Source of the DNA: Octopus sinensis
Lineage: Eukaryota
NCBI RefSeq assembly: GCF_006345805.1
Contig: NC_042999.1
Span: forward strand, 67,084,001-67,148,000
Direction: 5' to 3'
Length of the DNA stretch: 64,000 nt
Part shown: positions 51,513 through 62,121 of the stretch, in pieces
Layout of the letters: every line of letters begins with the position of its first letter
Numbering within the stretch: position 1 is the stretch's first letter
Notes under the pieces: model-generated
What the model saw: the letters and a program-made list of their open reading frames with translations, nothing else
The model's database searches: none
What the model was told of the DNA's origin: nothing
Program-made: the position numbers and the translations under genes

Positions 51513-54500
51513 ATGGCAAATCTTAGAATCGGTTGCTTGAATGTGAGAGGCCTCGGGTCACCTTGGAAACAGGGTCACCTGTTAAACGACCTGAGGTTTC
51601 ATGATGTGGATGTAGCAGCCATCAGTGAAACCAGGCTCTCCGACCCGCAGGAACTCGCAGCCCTTTTCGGCGGATATGAGATATTTCTATCTCCATGTCG
51701 GCCGGGAGCGGGCGGTGGTGGTACTGCGGTGTTGTTTCGGAAGGGCCTGGACCTGAAAATAAGGACAGTCTTCTTGGATCCGGAAGGTAAGTTGGTGGTC
51801 CTCGACATGGACGGTAGTGACGGCGGTGCTTTCAGGCTGCTGGCTGCCTACGCTCCGACAGGAGCAGGGCAGTCGGATTATTTCAAACGTCTGGAAGTTT
51901 TCCTGGGAACGTCACGCACTCTAGTACTAGTTGGGGATTGGAACACTGTCTTAGACGAACGTTTCGATCGGGTGGGCAGGGGAGCGTCTGATAGGAAAGG
52001 GGGAGGGTGCAAGAGCCTCGCCAACCTACTCGGCCGCTTTCAGCTGTCCGACAGGTTTCGACTAGACAACCCGAATGTGCCAATGTGGACTTGGACAAAC
52101 CGCATCGGGTCGTCTAGATCGTACTTAGATAGAGTGTTTTGTAGGCCAGCGGATAAGGACAGCGTAGGGTGTCCACAATTCCACCTAGTCGAATATACGG
52201 ACCACAAATTAGTGATCTGTACGGTCGACTTAGATAGGCTACATAGACAGGGACCCGGCTACTGGAAGCTGAACGCGTCGTTAACGGCGTGCAAAGCTTA
52301 CAGAGACCGGATTAGTTTACTAGTTAAGCGGGCGCTCACGGGGGCAATCATCAACAACAACTGGTGGTTTGCCCTCAAGAGAGCAATTAGAGTAGAGTCG
52401 ATTAGGTATAGTAAGACTCTAGCTATTGAACGTAGGAAGAGAGAGCGGGATTTAGTTAAGAAACTAGACGAGGCTCTTGACACTGGCATCGCGACCGACG
52501 TGTTGGCGGCAAGGTTGGCCCTCGACCAACACTTCGACGCCAAACACGAAGGCTGCGTTGTCAGAGCTAAGGCACGTTCGCTAAGCGGGGAGGGGACTAG
52601 AGCCGCTCGATGGGCCCGCGTGGCGGAGGCGAAGCGAGGCAACAGAGCAACCATTCGGTCTTTGGTGGACCAGAACGGGCGCGAGGTTACCCAACCGAAG
52701 CAGATGTGTATGGTGCTTCAGCGGCACTTTGCTCAACTGTTTGGGATGAGCGGTGGAACGGACACCAACGGTACAGACTTCGGTGTGTACCTGGACGGAC
52801 TGCCGCAACTCTCGGACAGCGAGGCAGAGTGCTGCGAAGGACCGATATCTGCCTGGGAAGTACAGGAAGCGATGAAGAGTTGCACGAGAGGTAGATCGTC
52901 GGGTTTGGATGGTCTGCCCTACGAGCTTTACTTTTCAATGCCAGACTTGTTTGCGGACCTGTTGGCAAACGTCTACTGCAACTGGCAGCAAAACGGGAGA
53001 ATTCCTGCTTTTGTCTGTCGAGGGGTGGTGGCTTTGCTAAAGAAGGACCCAAACAAGGGGGACGTTATAGGGAATTTCCGGCCCATCACTCTGCTCAATG
53101 CAGAGTTGAAGATTTTGGCCAAGGTGCTAGCCAAGAGATTGGCGCTCGTCGTGGACAAGCTGGTCGGCGGGACGCAGACATGCGCCGTGCCGACCAGGTC
53201 GATACACGACAAACTCCATCTCATGCGCTACATCATAGAGAGGGTGGGTAACGACGCTGGCGCGGGTGGGGCTTTGATCAACTTGGATCAGAGTAAAGCC
53301 TTCGATAGGGTCGACCATCGGTACCTGGCAGCTGTCCTCAAGGCAGCCGGCTTCGGTCCAGTCTTCCGCGGGTGGATCGCTGCTTTATACAGCAACATCT
53401 GCTCGGTGATACGGGTGAACGGTCACCTTTCGGAACCGTTCGACATCTCGCGTTCGGTCCGCCAAGGATGCCCTCTCTCCTCCCTCTTGTACATTTTGAC
53501 TCTCGAGCCATTACTGCGCAAGTTGGAGGCTTTGAGGGGCATCCCGCGCGATCTAGGAGGCGGAAACAGCGTGTCTGCTTATGCCGACGACGTCACCGTG
53601 GTGGTGTCGAGCCACAGGCACATTGGCCTGATTGACGAGACGCTAAACCAGTACGAAGCGGTGACAGGGGCAAAGATTAACGCGGAAAAGTCTGTGGGCT
53701 TGCAACTGGGCACCTGGAGAAGCAAGCCCATGCCGTCCAACAGCGTCGTAGGGCGCTGGACAGACGGACCCGTTAAACTGCTCGGGGTCTGGTTCGGTCC
53801 GGACCTCCAGGTGGATAAGAACTGGGAAGAGGTGACGAGCAGGGTGGCACGTCTCACCCAGAAATGGGCCGAGAGGAAGCTGTCCCTGAAAGGTCGAGCG
53901 GAGGTGGCGAATGCGTACATCGCATCCGTCATCTATTACCGCTTGACCGTCGTCCCTTGTCCCGACCGCTGGTTGGCCAAGCTGGTACGCCTGCTCTTCG
54001 ACTTTTTGTGGAAGGGTCAGGTGCCACTGGTCAGGCGATCCATCTGCTGTCAACGACCGCTGAACGGAGGCCTTGGAATGCCGTGGTTGCTGTTGCGCAG
54101 ACATGCGCTCAGGCTGCGGCATCTCAAGCGCTTCCTAGACGGTGAACATGTGTGGTCGTCTTTTGTCAGACGCGATTTTCCGCAGCTCGTCTCTTTGACG
54201 GAGCTGCAGACCTGGATCAAACGTAGACCGAGAAAGGGCGCTTGGCACCTCGAGTGCCGTCAAGCCCTCTCCGCCCTCCGCCAGGCGGGCAATGCGGTCG
54301 GTTACAGCTCCACTCTAGCGTTCTATAGAGGGGTAGTGGAGGAAAAATGCGACGACGTTCTCGGGGAAACTCTAGGTGTTGAAGACGACGAACTGAGTGG
54401 TCTGTTCGGGAGGACTTTCGGGCCGGGGCCGATGGATAATTTCCAGAGGTCTCTCGCCTGGCAGTGCTACCGAGGGGCTCTGCCTGTTCGAGATAAACTC

Positions 54501-54947
54501 TACCGGCACGGAAGTGCCGTCAGCCGGGCCTGCCCGAGGTGTTGCCAGGACGACGAAACCGTTCTGCACGCACTCGTCCAGTGCCCGAGTATTGCTGAAA
54601 TATGGGTTTATGTCGAACAGCTACTGTCATGTATAGGACGGATCCGACTATCGGCCGAATCCATAGTGAAGATTGCCCCGCCGACCTCCTTTAACAAGGA
54701 GGGCGAGGCCGTTTTCTTGTGCCTTGTGGCTGTGGCGAAAGAAGTTGTGTGGTGGACTCGTTTGAAAGGGCTAAAGTCAGACACTTTCCTCTTTGGTCAA
54801 GGCCTCATCAACTTTTTCAAGTTTCACTTGAAAAGGAAGATGAGGTTAGAGAGGAAAGTGCTGTCCGATAGCAAGTTTTATGAAAGGTGGGTGAATTGTG
54901 CGAGACTGGCCTGTATAAATGGACCAGTTCTCAGGTTTCGCCTGTGA
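51513..54947 (+). CDS. LINE ORF2: APE endonuclease + reverse transcriptase + C-terminal zinc finger (1144 aa)
   Basis: APE motifs LNVRGL, ISETRL, GDWN, YLDRVF, TDH; RT motifs GLDGLP, FRPITLLN, LDQSKAFDRVDH, VRQGCPLS, YADD, LLGVWFG; CPRC..ETVLHALVQC finger; no internal stops. Confidence 0.96.
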   Translation: MANLRIGCLNVRGLGSPWKQGHLLNDLRFHDVDVAAISETRLSDPQELAALFGGYEIFLSPCRPGAGGGGTAVLFRKGLDLKIRTVFLDPEGKLVVLDMDGSDGGAFRLLAAYAPTGAGQSDYFKRLEVFLGTSRTLVLVGDWNTVLDERFDRVGRGASDRKGGGCKSLANLLGRFQLSDRFRLDNPNVPMWTWTNRIGSSRSYLDRVFCRPADKDSVGCPQFHLVEYTDHKLVICTVDLDRLHRQGPGYWKLNASLTACKAYRDRISLLVKRALTGAIINNNWWFALKRAIRVESIRYSKTLAIERRKRERDLVKKLDEALDTGIATDVLAARLALDQHFDAKHEGCVVRAKARSLSGEGTRAARWARVAEAKRGNRATIRSLVDQNGREVTQPKQMCMVLQRHFAQLFGMSGGTDTNGTDFGVYLDGLPQLSDSEAECCEGPISAWEVQEAMKSCTRGRSSGLDGLPYELYFSMPDLFADLLANVYCNWQQNGRIPAFVCRGVVALLKKDPNKGDVIGNFRPITLLNAELKILAKVLAKRLALVVDKLVGGTQTCAVPTRSIHDKLHLMRYIIERVGNDAGAGGALINLDQSKAFDRVDHRYLAAVLKAAGFGPVFRGWIAALYSNICSVIRVNGHLSEPFDISRSVRQGCPLSSLLYILTLEPLLRKLEALRGIPRDLGGGNSVSAYADDVTVVVSSHRHIGLIDETLNQYEAVTGAKINAEKSVGLQLGTWRSKPMPSNSVVGRWTDGPVKLLGVWFGPDLQVDKNWEEVTSRVARLTQKWAERKLSLKGRAEVANAYIASVIYYRLTVVPCPDRWLAKLVRLLFDFLWKGQVPLVRRSICCQRPLNGGLGMPWLLLRRHALRLRHLKRFLDGEHVWSSFVRRDFPQLVSLTELQTWIKRRPRKGAWHLECRQALSALRQAGNAVGYSSTLAFYRGVVEEKCDDVLGETLGVEDDELSGLFGRTFGPGPMDNFQRSLAWQCYRGALPVRDKLYRHGSAVSRACPRCCQDDETVLHALVQCPSIAEIWVYVEQLLSCIGRIRLSAESIVKIAPPTSFNKEGEAVFLCLVAVAKEVVWWTRLKGLKSDTFLFGQGLINFFKFHLKRKMRLERKVLSDSKFYERWVNCARLACINGPVLRFRL

Positions 54948-55744
54948 TTTCAAAGAAAAAGGTAATGTAAAAGGAGAAGAAAGGGGACTCTCTACACCCC
55001 CTTTTTTTGACCAGGCTCCCGTTGGCTTTTGTAGGGTTTTTTCCACCAGGAACCTTTCGAGGCGTCTCCCCCTTTTGGGAGATTTTCATTGTTTTAATAA
55101 TCATTGTTTTAAAGTTTTTTACACGGATTTTTTAACAAACGGACAAAACCCTTTGTAACCTTTCGTCCTGTCTTGTCCCTTTATGTAATCATGCGTGTCA
55201 GCCCTTGTGGCCAATAAAAAAGAATTGATTATTATTATTATTATTGAGGTGGCAACCTGGCAGAATCATTACCACACCAGGCAAAATGCTCAGCAGTATT
55301 TCATCTGTCTTCACGTTCTGAGTTCAAATTCCGCCAGGTTTGACTTTGCCTTTCATCTTTTCAGGGTCGATAGATTAAGTACCAGAAAAGTACTGGGGTC
55401 AATGTGATCAACTATCCCCACAAATTTCAGGCCTTGTGCCTTTAGTGGGAAAAATTATTATTATTATAACCGGCTTCCATGCCAGTGGCACATAAAAGGC
55501 ACCATTCGAGTGTGATCGTTACCAGCGTCGCCTTACTGGCACTTGTGCCCGTGCTAGTAGGGTGCCAAGAGCACCATCCGAATGTGATCGTTGCCAGAGC
55601 AGCCAACTGGCTTCCGTGCCAGTGGCACGTAAAAGGGCACCATTCGAGCGTGATCGTTACCAATGTCACCTTACTGGCACCTGTGCCGGTGGCATGTGTA
55701 AAAAGATTCGAGCGAGGTCATTGCCAGTACCACCTGACTGACCC

Positions 55745-55965
55745 CCATTGATCTTGTTGTCACCGGGGCATGCTATGTTGCTTATCATACATGTTCCTTC
55801 TGGTCGGGTGATCGCACTGGATCACTGCATCCCACAGGATTTTTCCATTCTCATTTTCCGTTACTCCTTCTGGAGTTTGCTCAGACCACGTTTTTGCTCT
55901 TTGTAGGCCGTGATTTCCACAGAGGTCCTGATGGATCATTCTTGCCACATTGTTATAGCATGACC
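55745..55965 (-). mobile_element. R4/Dong-clade LINE fragment (restriction-like endonuclease region)
   Basis: NNVARMIHQDLCGNHGLQRAKTWSEQTPEGVTENENGKILWDAVIQCDH then, after a deletion/frameshift, EGTCMISNIACPGDNKI. Confidence 0.75.
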
Positions 55966-56711
55966 AAGTAACTGATTAACTAATTGCTTGATTAATCAAA
56001 CTACCAGTTAGGTTCATCAAAATCCTTTCATTGCTATTCACAACAACCTCATCAATGACTTGACCCCACTCAACTCCAGGTCTGTTTGCAGTACATTGAT
56101 TGACCGAATGGTTAATCATTAGTTAATTGGTTAAATAATTAACTTGTGAATCAGTTACATTGAACCCCCCCCCCCTAGTTTATTGACCCTGAAAGCATGA
56201 AAGGCAAAGTTGACTTAGGCAGAATTTGAATGCAGAACTTAAGAACGGATGAACTGCTGCTAACTGCACCAAGTGACACTCACACATGCACACACACACA
56301 CTATTTGCTTCTACTTTTTGTCACTAAAAATCAATAATATATTTTATCCTCTTATATAATTTAGCTCCCCAGGAAAGTCCTTGGTTATATAAAATATATT
56401 TTTTGGGGGATGATATTAACATAATCTCACTGCAGATTTCAAAAGATAAAACATAAAAACAAAAAAGAAAGACTCCTAAAACATCTAAAAGACTAAAAAC
56501 TGGCACAGTTCCTGTTTTTTATTCAATAACTTTTGCTTAAAAGCTATTGAGCGAAGGACTGTAGCACAAGTTTAAAAAGGTCAATGTCACATTTATCGCT
56601 TAAAATATAACACCCACACACATCAGAATCTGATTCATCTAATTCTAATAATTCTTCCAACCATTCTTTTTTATTTACCTTTTATGTATCAAAAATCAAA
56701 ATCAAATTCGA

Positions 56712-57228
56712 TGACTGGTGTCCGTGCTAGCAGGGTGCAAAGAGCACCATAGGAGTGTGATCATGGACAGAGCGGCTTACCAGCTTCCATGCCAGTGGCA
56801 CTTAAAAGGCACCGTTCGAGCGTGATCATTACCAGCGTCGCATTACTGGCACTCAAGCCCCGTGCTAGTTGGGTATTAAGAGCACGATCCAAGCATGATC
56901 GTTGCCAGAGCAGCTATCTGGCCTCCGTGCCAGTGGCACGTAAAAAATACCATTTGAGCGTGATTATTACCAGCATCGCTTTACTGGCACCCGCGCTGGT
57001 GGCATGTGTAAAAGATTCGAGCGAGGTTGTTGCCAGTGCTGCCTGAGTGGCACGTAAAAGCATCCACTACACTCTCGGAGTGGTTGGCGTTAGGAAGGGC
57101 ATCCAGCTGTAGAAACTCCACCAGATCAAGATTGAAGCCTGGTGCAGCCATCTGGTTCGCCAGCCCTCAGTCATAAGTCCAATCCATGCTAGCATGGAAA
57201 GCAGATGTTAAACAATGATGATGTTGAT
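56712..57228 (+). mobile_element. Family B non-autonomous retroelement with RTE-like tail (representative; also 24558-24875 -, 27838-28050 -, 28560-28950 +, 32882-33270 -, 40672-40918 -, 44385-44670 +, 55468-55743 +, 57871-58113 +, 62121-62465 -, 62975-63330 +)
   Basis: Tandem ggtggca(c/t)gtaaaaagcacc units, then cactacactctcggagtggttggcgttaggaagggcatccagctgtagaaac..tccaacccatgctagcatggaaagcggacgttaaac(GAT)n. Confidence 0.8.
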
Positions 57229-57474
57229 GTACCATCAATACCAGCCTATCATTTCATTGTCTTCATCTCAATTTTCAGTGGTGTTTTTAGTTGCATCAAG
57301 AACATTCTAGTGCAGTGTATTCAGCCTGAAGTGGGTTCTTTTTTGTTCAAACCAACATGAAGAGGATGAAGAACACTTGTAAAGTTACATAGCAACACAG
57401 CTTGATGATGTCGTTTGGCTCACTAACGAGGCTCACTAAATTGATTCATACACTGGCATTGCAAGGTTCTTTAA

Positions 57475-57694
57475 CCCTTTAACATTTAAACCGGCCATAT
57501 TCGGCCCAAATGGTCTACCTATTTTATGTTCAAACTGGCCAGATCCAGTCTCTCCCACTTAGCCTACAATGTCCTTCTAAAATTAAATGATTACATTTTC
57601 AAAATCTTGAAGCTATAAGATAATACGTGATTAATTTTTTAAAATATGGATATATAAACATTACATTTGATAAATTAATCTGAATGCTAAAGGG
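57475..57694. mobile_element. piggyBac-like MITE family P2 (also 16093-16295)
   Basis: TTAA|ccctttaacatt ... aatgctaaaggg|TTAA. Confidence 0.75.
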
Positions 57695-58719
57695 TTAAGC
57701 ATTTTCTTTTTGCCATATTTCTGTTTGAAATACACCACCTTTATTTTAACTGATTTTAAAATTAAAGACGAATTTTGTAAAATAAGTTTGTCCTTGTTAA
57801 GATACAGTTTAGAATATAATACAGAAGATATTTTTGTTTATATCATTTTAACATATGAATTTTGTATCATATGCGTAAAAAGATTCAAGTGAGGTCATTA
57901 CCAGTACCGTCAGACTGGCCCCTATGCTGGTGGCATGTAAAAAGTACCCACTACACTCTCAGAATGGTTGGCATTAGGAAGAGCATCCAGCTGTAGAAAC
58001 TCTGCCAAATCAAGATTGGAGCTTGGTGCAGCTATCTGGTTTGCCAGCCCTCAGTCAAAATCGTCCAACCCATGCTAGCATGGAAAGCGGACGTCAAACG
58101 ATGATGGTGATGATAACCAAGTGACAAGTTTTGTAAAATAACTTTGTCCTTGTTGAAATACAGTTTAGAATATAATGCAGAATTTTGATGGGAAGTATTT
58201 TTATTTATATCATTTTAAAATATGAATTTTGTATCATAGAACCAAGTGACAGTGTCAATGATTCGTATCATGACCATCATGATTTAACATCTAGTTTTCC
58301 ATGGTTCCCTGGGTCAGACAAGATTTATAAAGGTAGATTTTCTATGGCTGGATGCCCTTCCTATTGCCAACCTTCACCGGTTTCTAAGCAAGGTAATGTT
58401 TTTCCATATTTAGAGCATGTTTTTCATGGAAGGTTGGAAATGAACTTTACTTGTATGACGATAATGTTCATTTACAACCATTACATATGTGATGTCTAGG
58501 AAAGGGTACACACACACACACACACACACACAGACATGCACAAAAGATTGGTGCTACAAAGTACCCAGTTCACTTTGTAAAGTGGTTGGCAAAAGGATAT
58601 GCATCCAGTTGTAGAAACCTTGCCAAGGCAGACACTGGAGCATAACACAGCCCTCCATCTCTATAAGCTCAGCTCATGCTAGCATTGGAAAGGGTTAAAA
58701 GTGCACCAGGTCATTTATC

Positions 58720-59330
58720 TTCTACTTCTCCTCACCATTAACCTATGCTCCCTCCATTCATCAAATTTTGAAGCTGGCCACAAATGATAACTTCAGAAGG
58801 AAATCCTTTTTACTCTTTCAAGATTGCCTTTCTTGCAAAAATAAGCACGGCATTCATTGGCTTTGTTTTCATCAGCCAGATTACTTAAAAACTGCCATAA
58901 ACGAGGAAGGAGTTTCCAGTTTCACGTCCTGTTGTTGTTCAAATATAGATGGTTTTACTTCCTTTTTTATCTCGTATTCCGTGCTCTAGTGTGTCATAAA
59001 ACAATCACGTCTCATTCATGTTCCCTATTTGACTCAGTTCAAAATTATGCCTCTTTCATAGTTTTACTACAATCTTTGAAATGGTGCAATCTTATCACCC
59101 ATATCAGAGCAAAGCTTCTGTGAAATTTTTCTTTTCTGACATAGAGCCAAAGATTTGCCTTCTCAAGAATCTCAGGCACCACCCATTTGAAAATTGGAAA
59201 GATTGATTAACACCAGAGCTTCTTTTGACATTATTTTTTCCTTCTTGTAACTTTACATTCATAATGGTTACAAAATAACCATGCTTTCTCTCTTCTTCCA
59301 CACATTCAGCCATTTTTGTTTTTCAGTTGT
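58720..59330 (-). mobile_element. Decayed pogo/Tigger-type transposase
   Basis: FQFSNGWCLRFLRRQ (CENP-B-type HTH) and QIGNMNET*LFYDT..DKKGSKTIYI*TTTGRE (DDE start); multiple stops. Confidence 0.7.
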
Positions 59331-60155
59331 GGATAGTGAGGCTGCATGCTACTACTACTACTACTACTACTACTGCTGCTGTCGCCAGTACTAACAACCT
59401 GTATTAGTTTGACAATTATCACCACCACCACCACCACTAATGGTGCTGTCTCCAGAAAAAAACTAACAACCTGTATTAGTATCTCTTGTATGATAGTTAT
59501 TACCACCACCACCACTACTACTACTGACTACTATTAACTCATTTCATTACGGGGAGCGTCCAACTGGTTGCTTTGTCTGCTAGAAAGTGCAACGAAATGC
59601 TCATCATCACACCTCACTGTCTTAAGCAAACACTTAGGGTAATGTAGTTCTAAATACATTGAATAAGAACCTGGATGGTCATGGTTGGAATATCTTTGAT
59701 CATAGATCTGCTGGATTGGAGCAGATCTGGTGCTAAACAACACCATTACTACCAGCATCAAGAAAGCAAGGCACTTCTATCTGATTACATGACCTGCTAG
59801 AAATAGTAGCCTAGTACCCCCCTTCCTCGAGTCACTGTCTTACAGTGGGAAGGGTCACATATTGCATTATGTAGTCCCAGGTACACTATGTCTGAATAAA
59901 ACACAAGATAATGTTTAATCATAGGTCTACTGGAGCAGATTTGGAGTTCAAAAAACTACAACTGCTGTTGATACTACTACTACTACTACTACTACTTCAT
60001 GTCATAATAATAATGATAATCCTTTTAATTATAGACAGAAGGCCTGAAAGAGTTGACACCAGTGGAATTTGAACTCAGAATGTAAAGATTCAAAACTAAT
60101 ACTGCAAGGAATGTATTCCTATGTTCTAATAATTCTGTCAATCCAGCACCCTTTA

Positions 60156-60195
<40 letters not shown>

Positions 60196-60196
60196 T

Positions 60197-60739
60197 ATGC
60201 AGTACCAGGCAGTGGCTCTCATGGCTTCTGATCTTAACTGATTGGAAGTGTTATCATGTACATTGTTTTGTCTTGGTATAAAAGATGGGCTACAGCAAAT
60301 ATTCTGCTCAATACCACAGATTTGCTTGTTGTTTGACCTTAACCAGTTGACCATGTCCCTTAGTGGCTGACGATATGTGCATCTCTGATCATGAGCAGAA
60401 GTGGTGGGGGAGCATCATAGCCATGTGTTAAGAGGGATTCTTTGGGATTTGAATAATTCACCTCTGGAAACATGGGTGTTTCGTTCAACATCCTTAAACA
60501 ATCCTTATTCAGGGACCTTTTGAGCAGGATGGATCACTCAACCAGAAGAAAATTCTAACTGGGCTCCACCTGCAAGGTCATGTGCTTTTTATCTTGATAT
60601 GAGATCACCATGTCACGCACATATGGTTGAATTCATGTGCCTAGTGTACCCTTATCAGACGAGTAGTCATGATGGGTATACTGGGCTTTGTATATTTTAC
60701 CCCAGTGTCACTTTGATGGCATGCACTGCTCTCTCACTC
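60197..60739 (+). mobile_element. Family E ~545-bp element embedded in (TAA)n
   Basis: (AAT)n | atgcagtaccaggc ... gctctctcactc | (AAT)n. Confidence 0.75.
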
Positions 60740-62039
60740 AATAATAATAATAATAATAGTAATAATCTTCTCTACTAAAGGGACAAGGCCTGAAATTTTG
60801 GGCGAGGGGACTGGTTGATTACACCAATCCCAGTGTTTCACTGGTACTTAATTTATCGACCCGGAGAGGATGAAAGGCAAAGTCAGCCTCCACGACATTT
60901 TAACTCAGTATGTAAAGAGGTGGAAAAAATGCTGCTAAACATTTGGTCCAGCTTGCTAACAATTCTGCCAGCTCCCCACCTTTGTAATAATCATAATAAT
61001 AATAATAGTAATTATAATTAACACTACTACGTAAATAAACCATCCCAGCATATGGTGACTGTCTAATTGAAGCATGTTTGATTTTTTTCTCTCCTTAACT
61101 GCTCTTTCTGTAGCAGAGTGTATGCTTGAAATGTAATAGACTTCTTCCAATTTTCTTGAGTGTAAACCTAATATAACCTCGTTTGTTTTTCACTTAGTTT
61201 TTTTTTTTTCTTTCCATGCTAAATAAATAATTCTTTTGATACTTCATTCAAAGTTGTTCTTTAGTTGAAGACAGATTTACTCAAAGCTTTCTAGCTATAA
61301 CCATTCTGTCTTTGTATATGTCAGAAGCCACATTGTCCTGTGTTTCAATCTGCCTTTAGGACAAGAGGGTGAGATTTGAGGAAGATCTGGTTGCTGTTTC
61401 CTGCAAATAAACGACCACATCGTGGCTCTGTCATAAGATTGTTTATTTGAGGTTGTTGACAACTGAGTAAAAAAGAGAGAGAAAAAAAAAATATGTGCTA
61501 AGTACTTGTAACATTGGTGGTTTTATACAGCCAGGATGTCACAAGTGGCAGTGTTATATGAAAATTCAAACACTATTTTAGTTAGGTTAAACACGATGAT
61601 TCTGCAGTCTTTGTTCCAATTCTTTGTGAACTGAATTCAAATTCTCCGCATTACTGGAGCCTCATAGGTAGCCAGGCTATTACAAAGTGCTGGCATCAAG
61701 CCCAGACTGCTCATGAAACACCAGTGAATTCACAAAACTAATTGGGTGTTAGTTGACATAAGAGCTCTGTGTATTTGAAGGGTGCAGCAGTATTTTCTAT
61801 CTTCTTTGTGTGTGTGTGTGTATGTATGCATGCATGTGTGTATGTATGAATCATCATCGTTTAACGTCCATGTTATATACAATAATAACTGTATAATTAT
61901 ATATCATAATAATAATAATAATTTGTAATACTCTGATATTAAAGCGACATTATCTAAACAATTAACTGAAAAATGACGAGCTAACTCAGGCTAGAATTGA
62001 ACCCATATATCAACATAACAAGCTTCCAGTTTTGTTTAC

Positions 62040-62121
<82 letters not shown>

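Larger units (their letters stand above)
49690..55226 (+). mobile_element. L1/Tx1-clade non-LTR retrotransposon, near full length, 5' truncated
   Basis: ORF1 remnant plus intact ORF2 plus ~280-nt 3'UTR ending in AATAAA (55213) before (ATT)n; visibly GC/CpG-rich against the AT-rich flanks. Confidence 0.93.

Noticed and set aside
52298-54636. Multiple 65-160-aa ORFs overlapping ORF2
   Set aside because: Expected shadow ORFs in GC-rich coding DNA; no motifs.
55468-57060. Regularly spaced ggcacgtaaaaag repeats resembling a CRISPR array
   Set aside because: Eukaryotic context, spacers are themselves homologous, no cas genes; these are family B internal tandem units.
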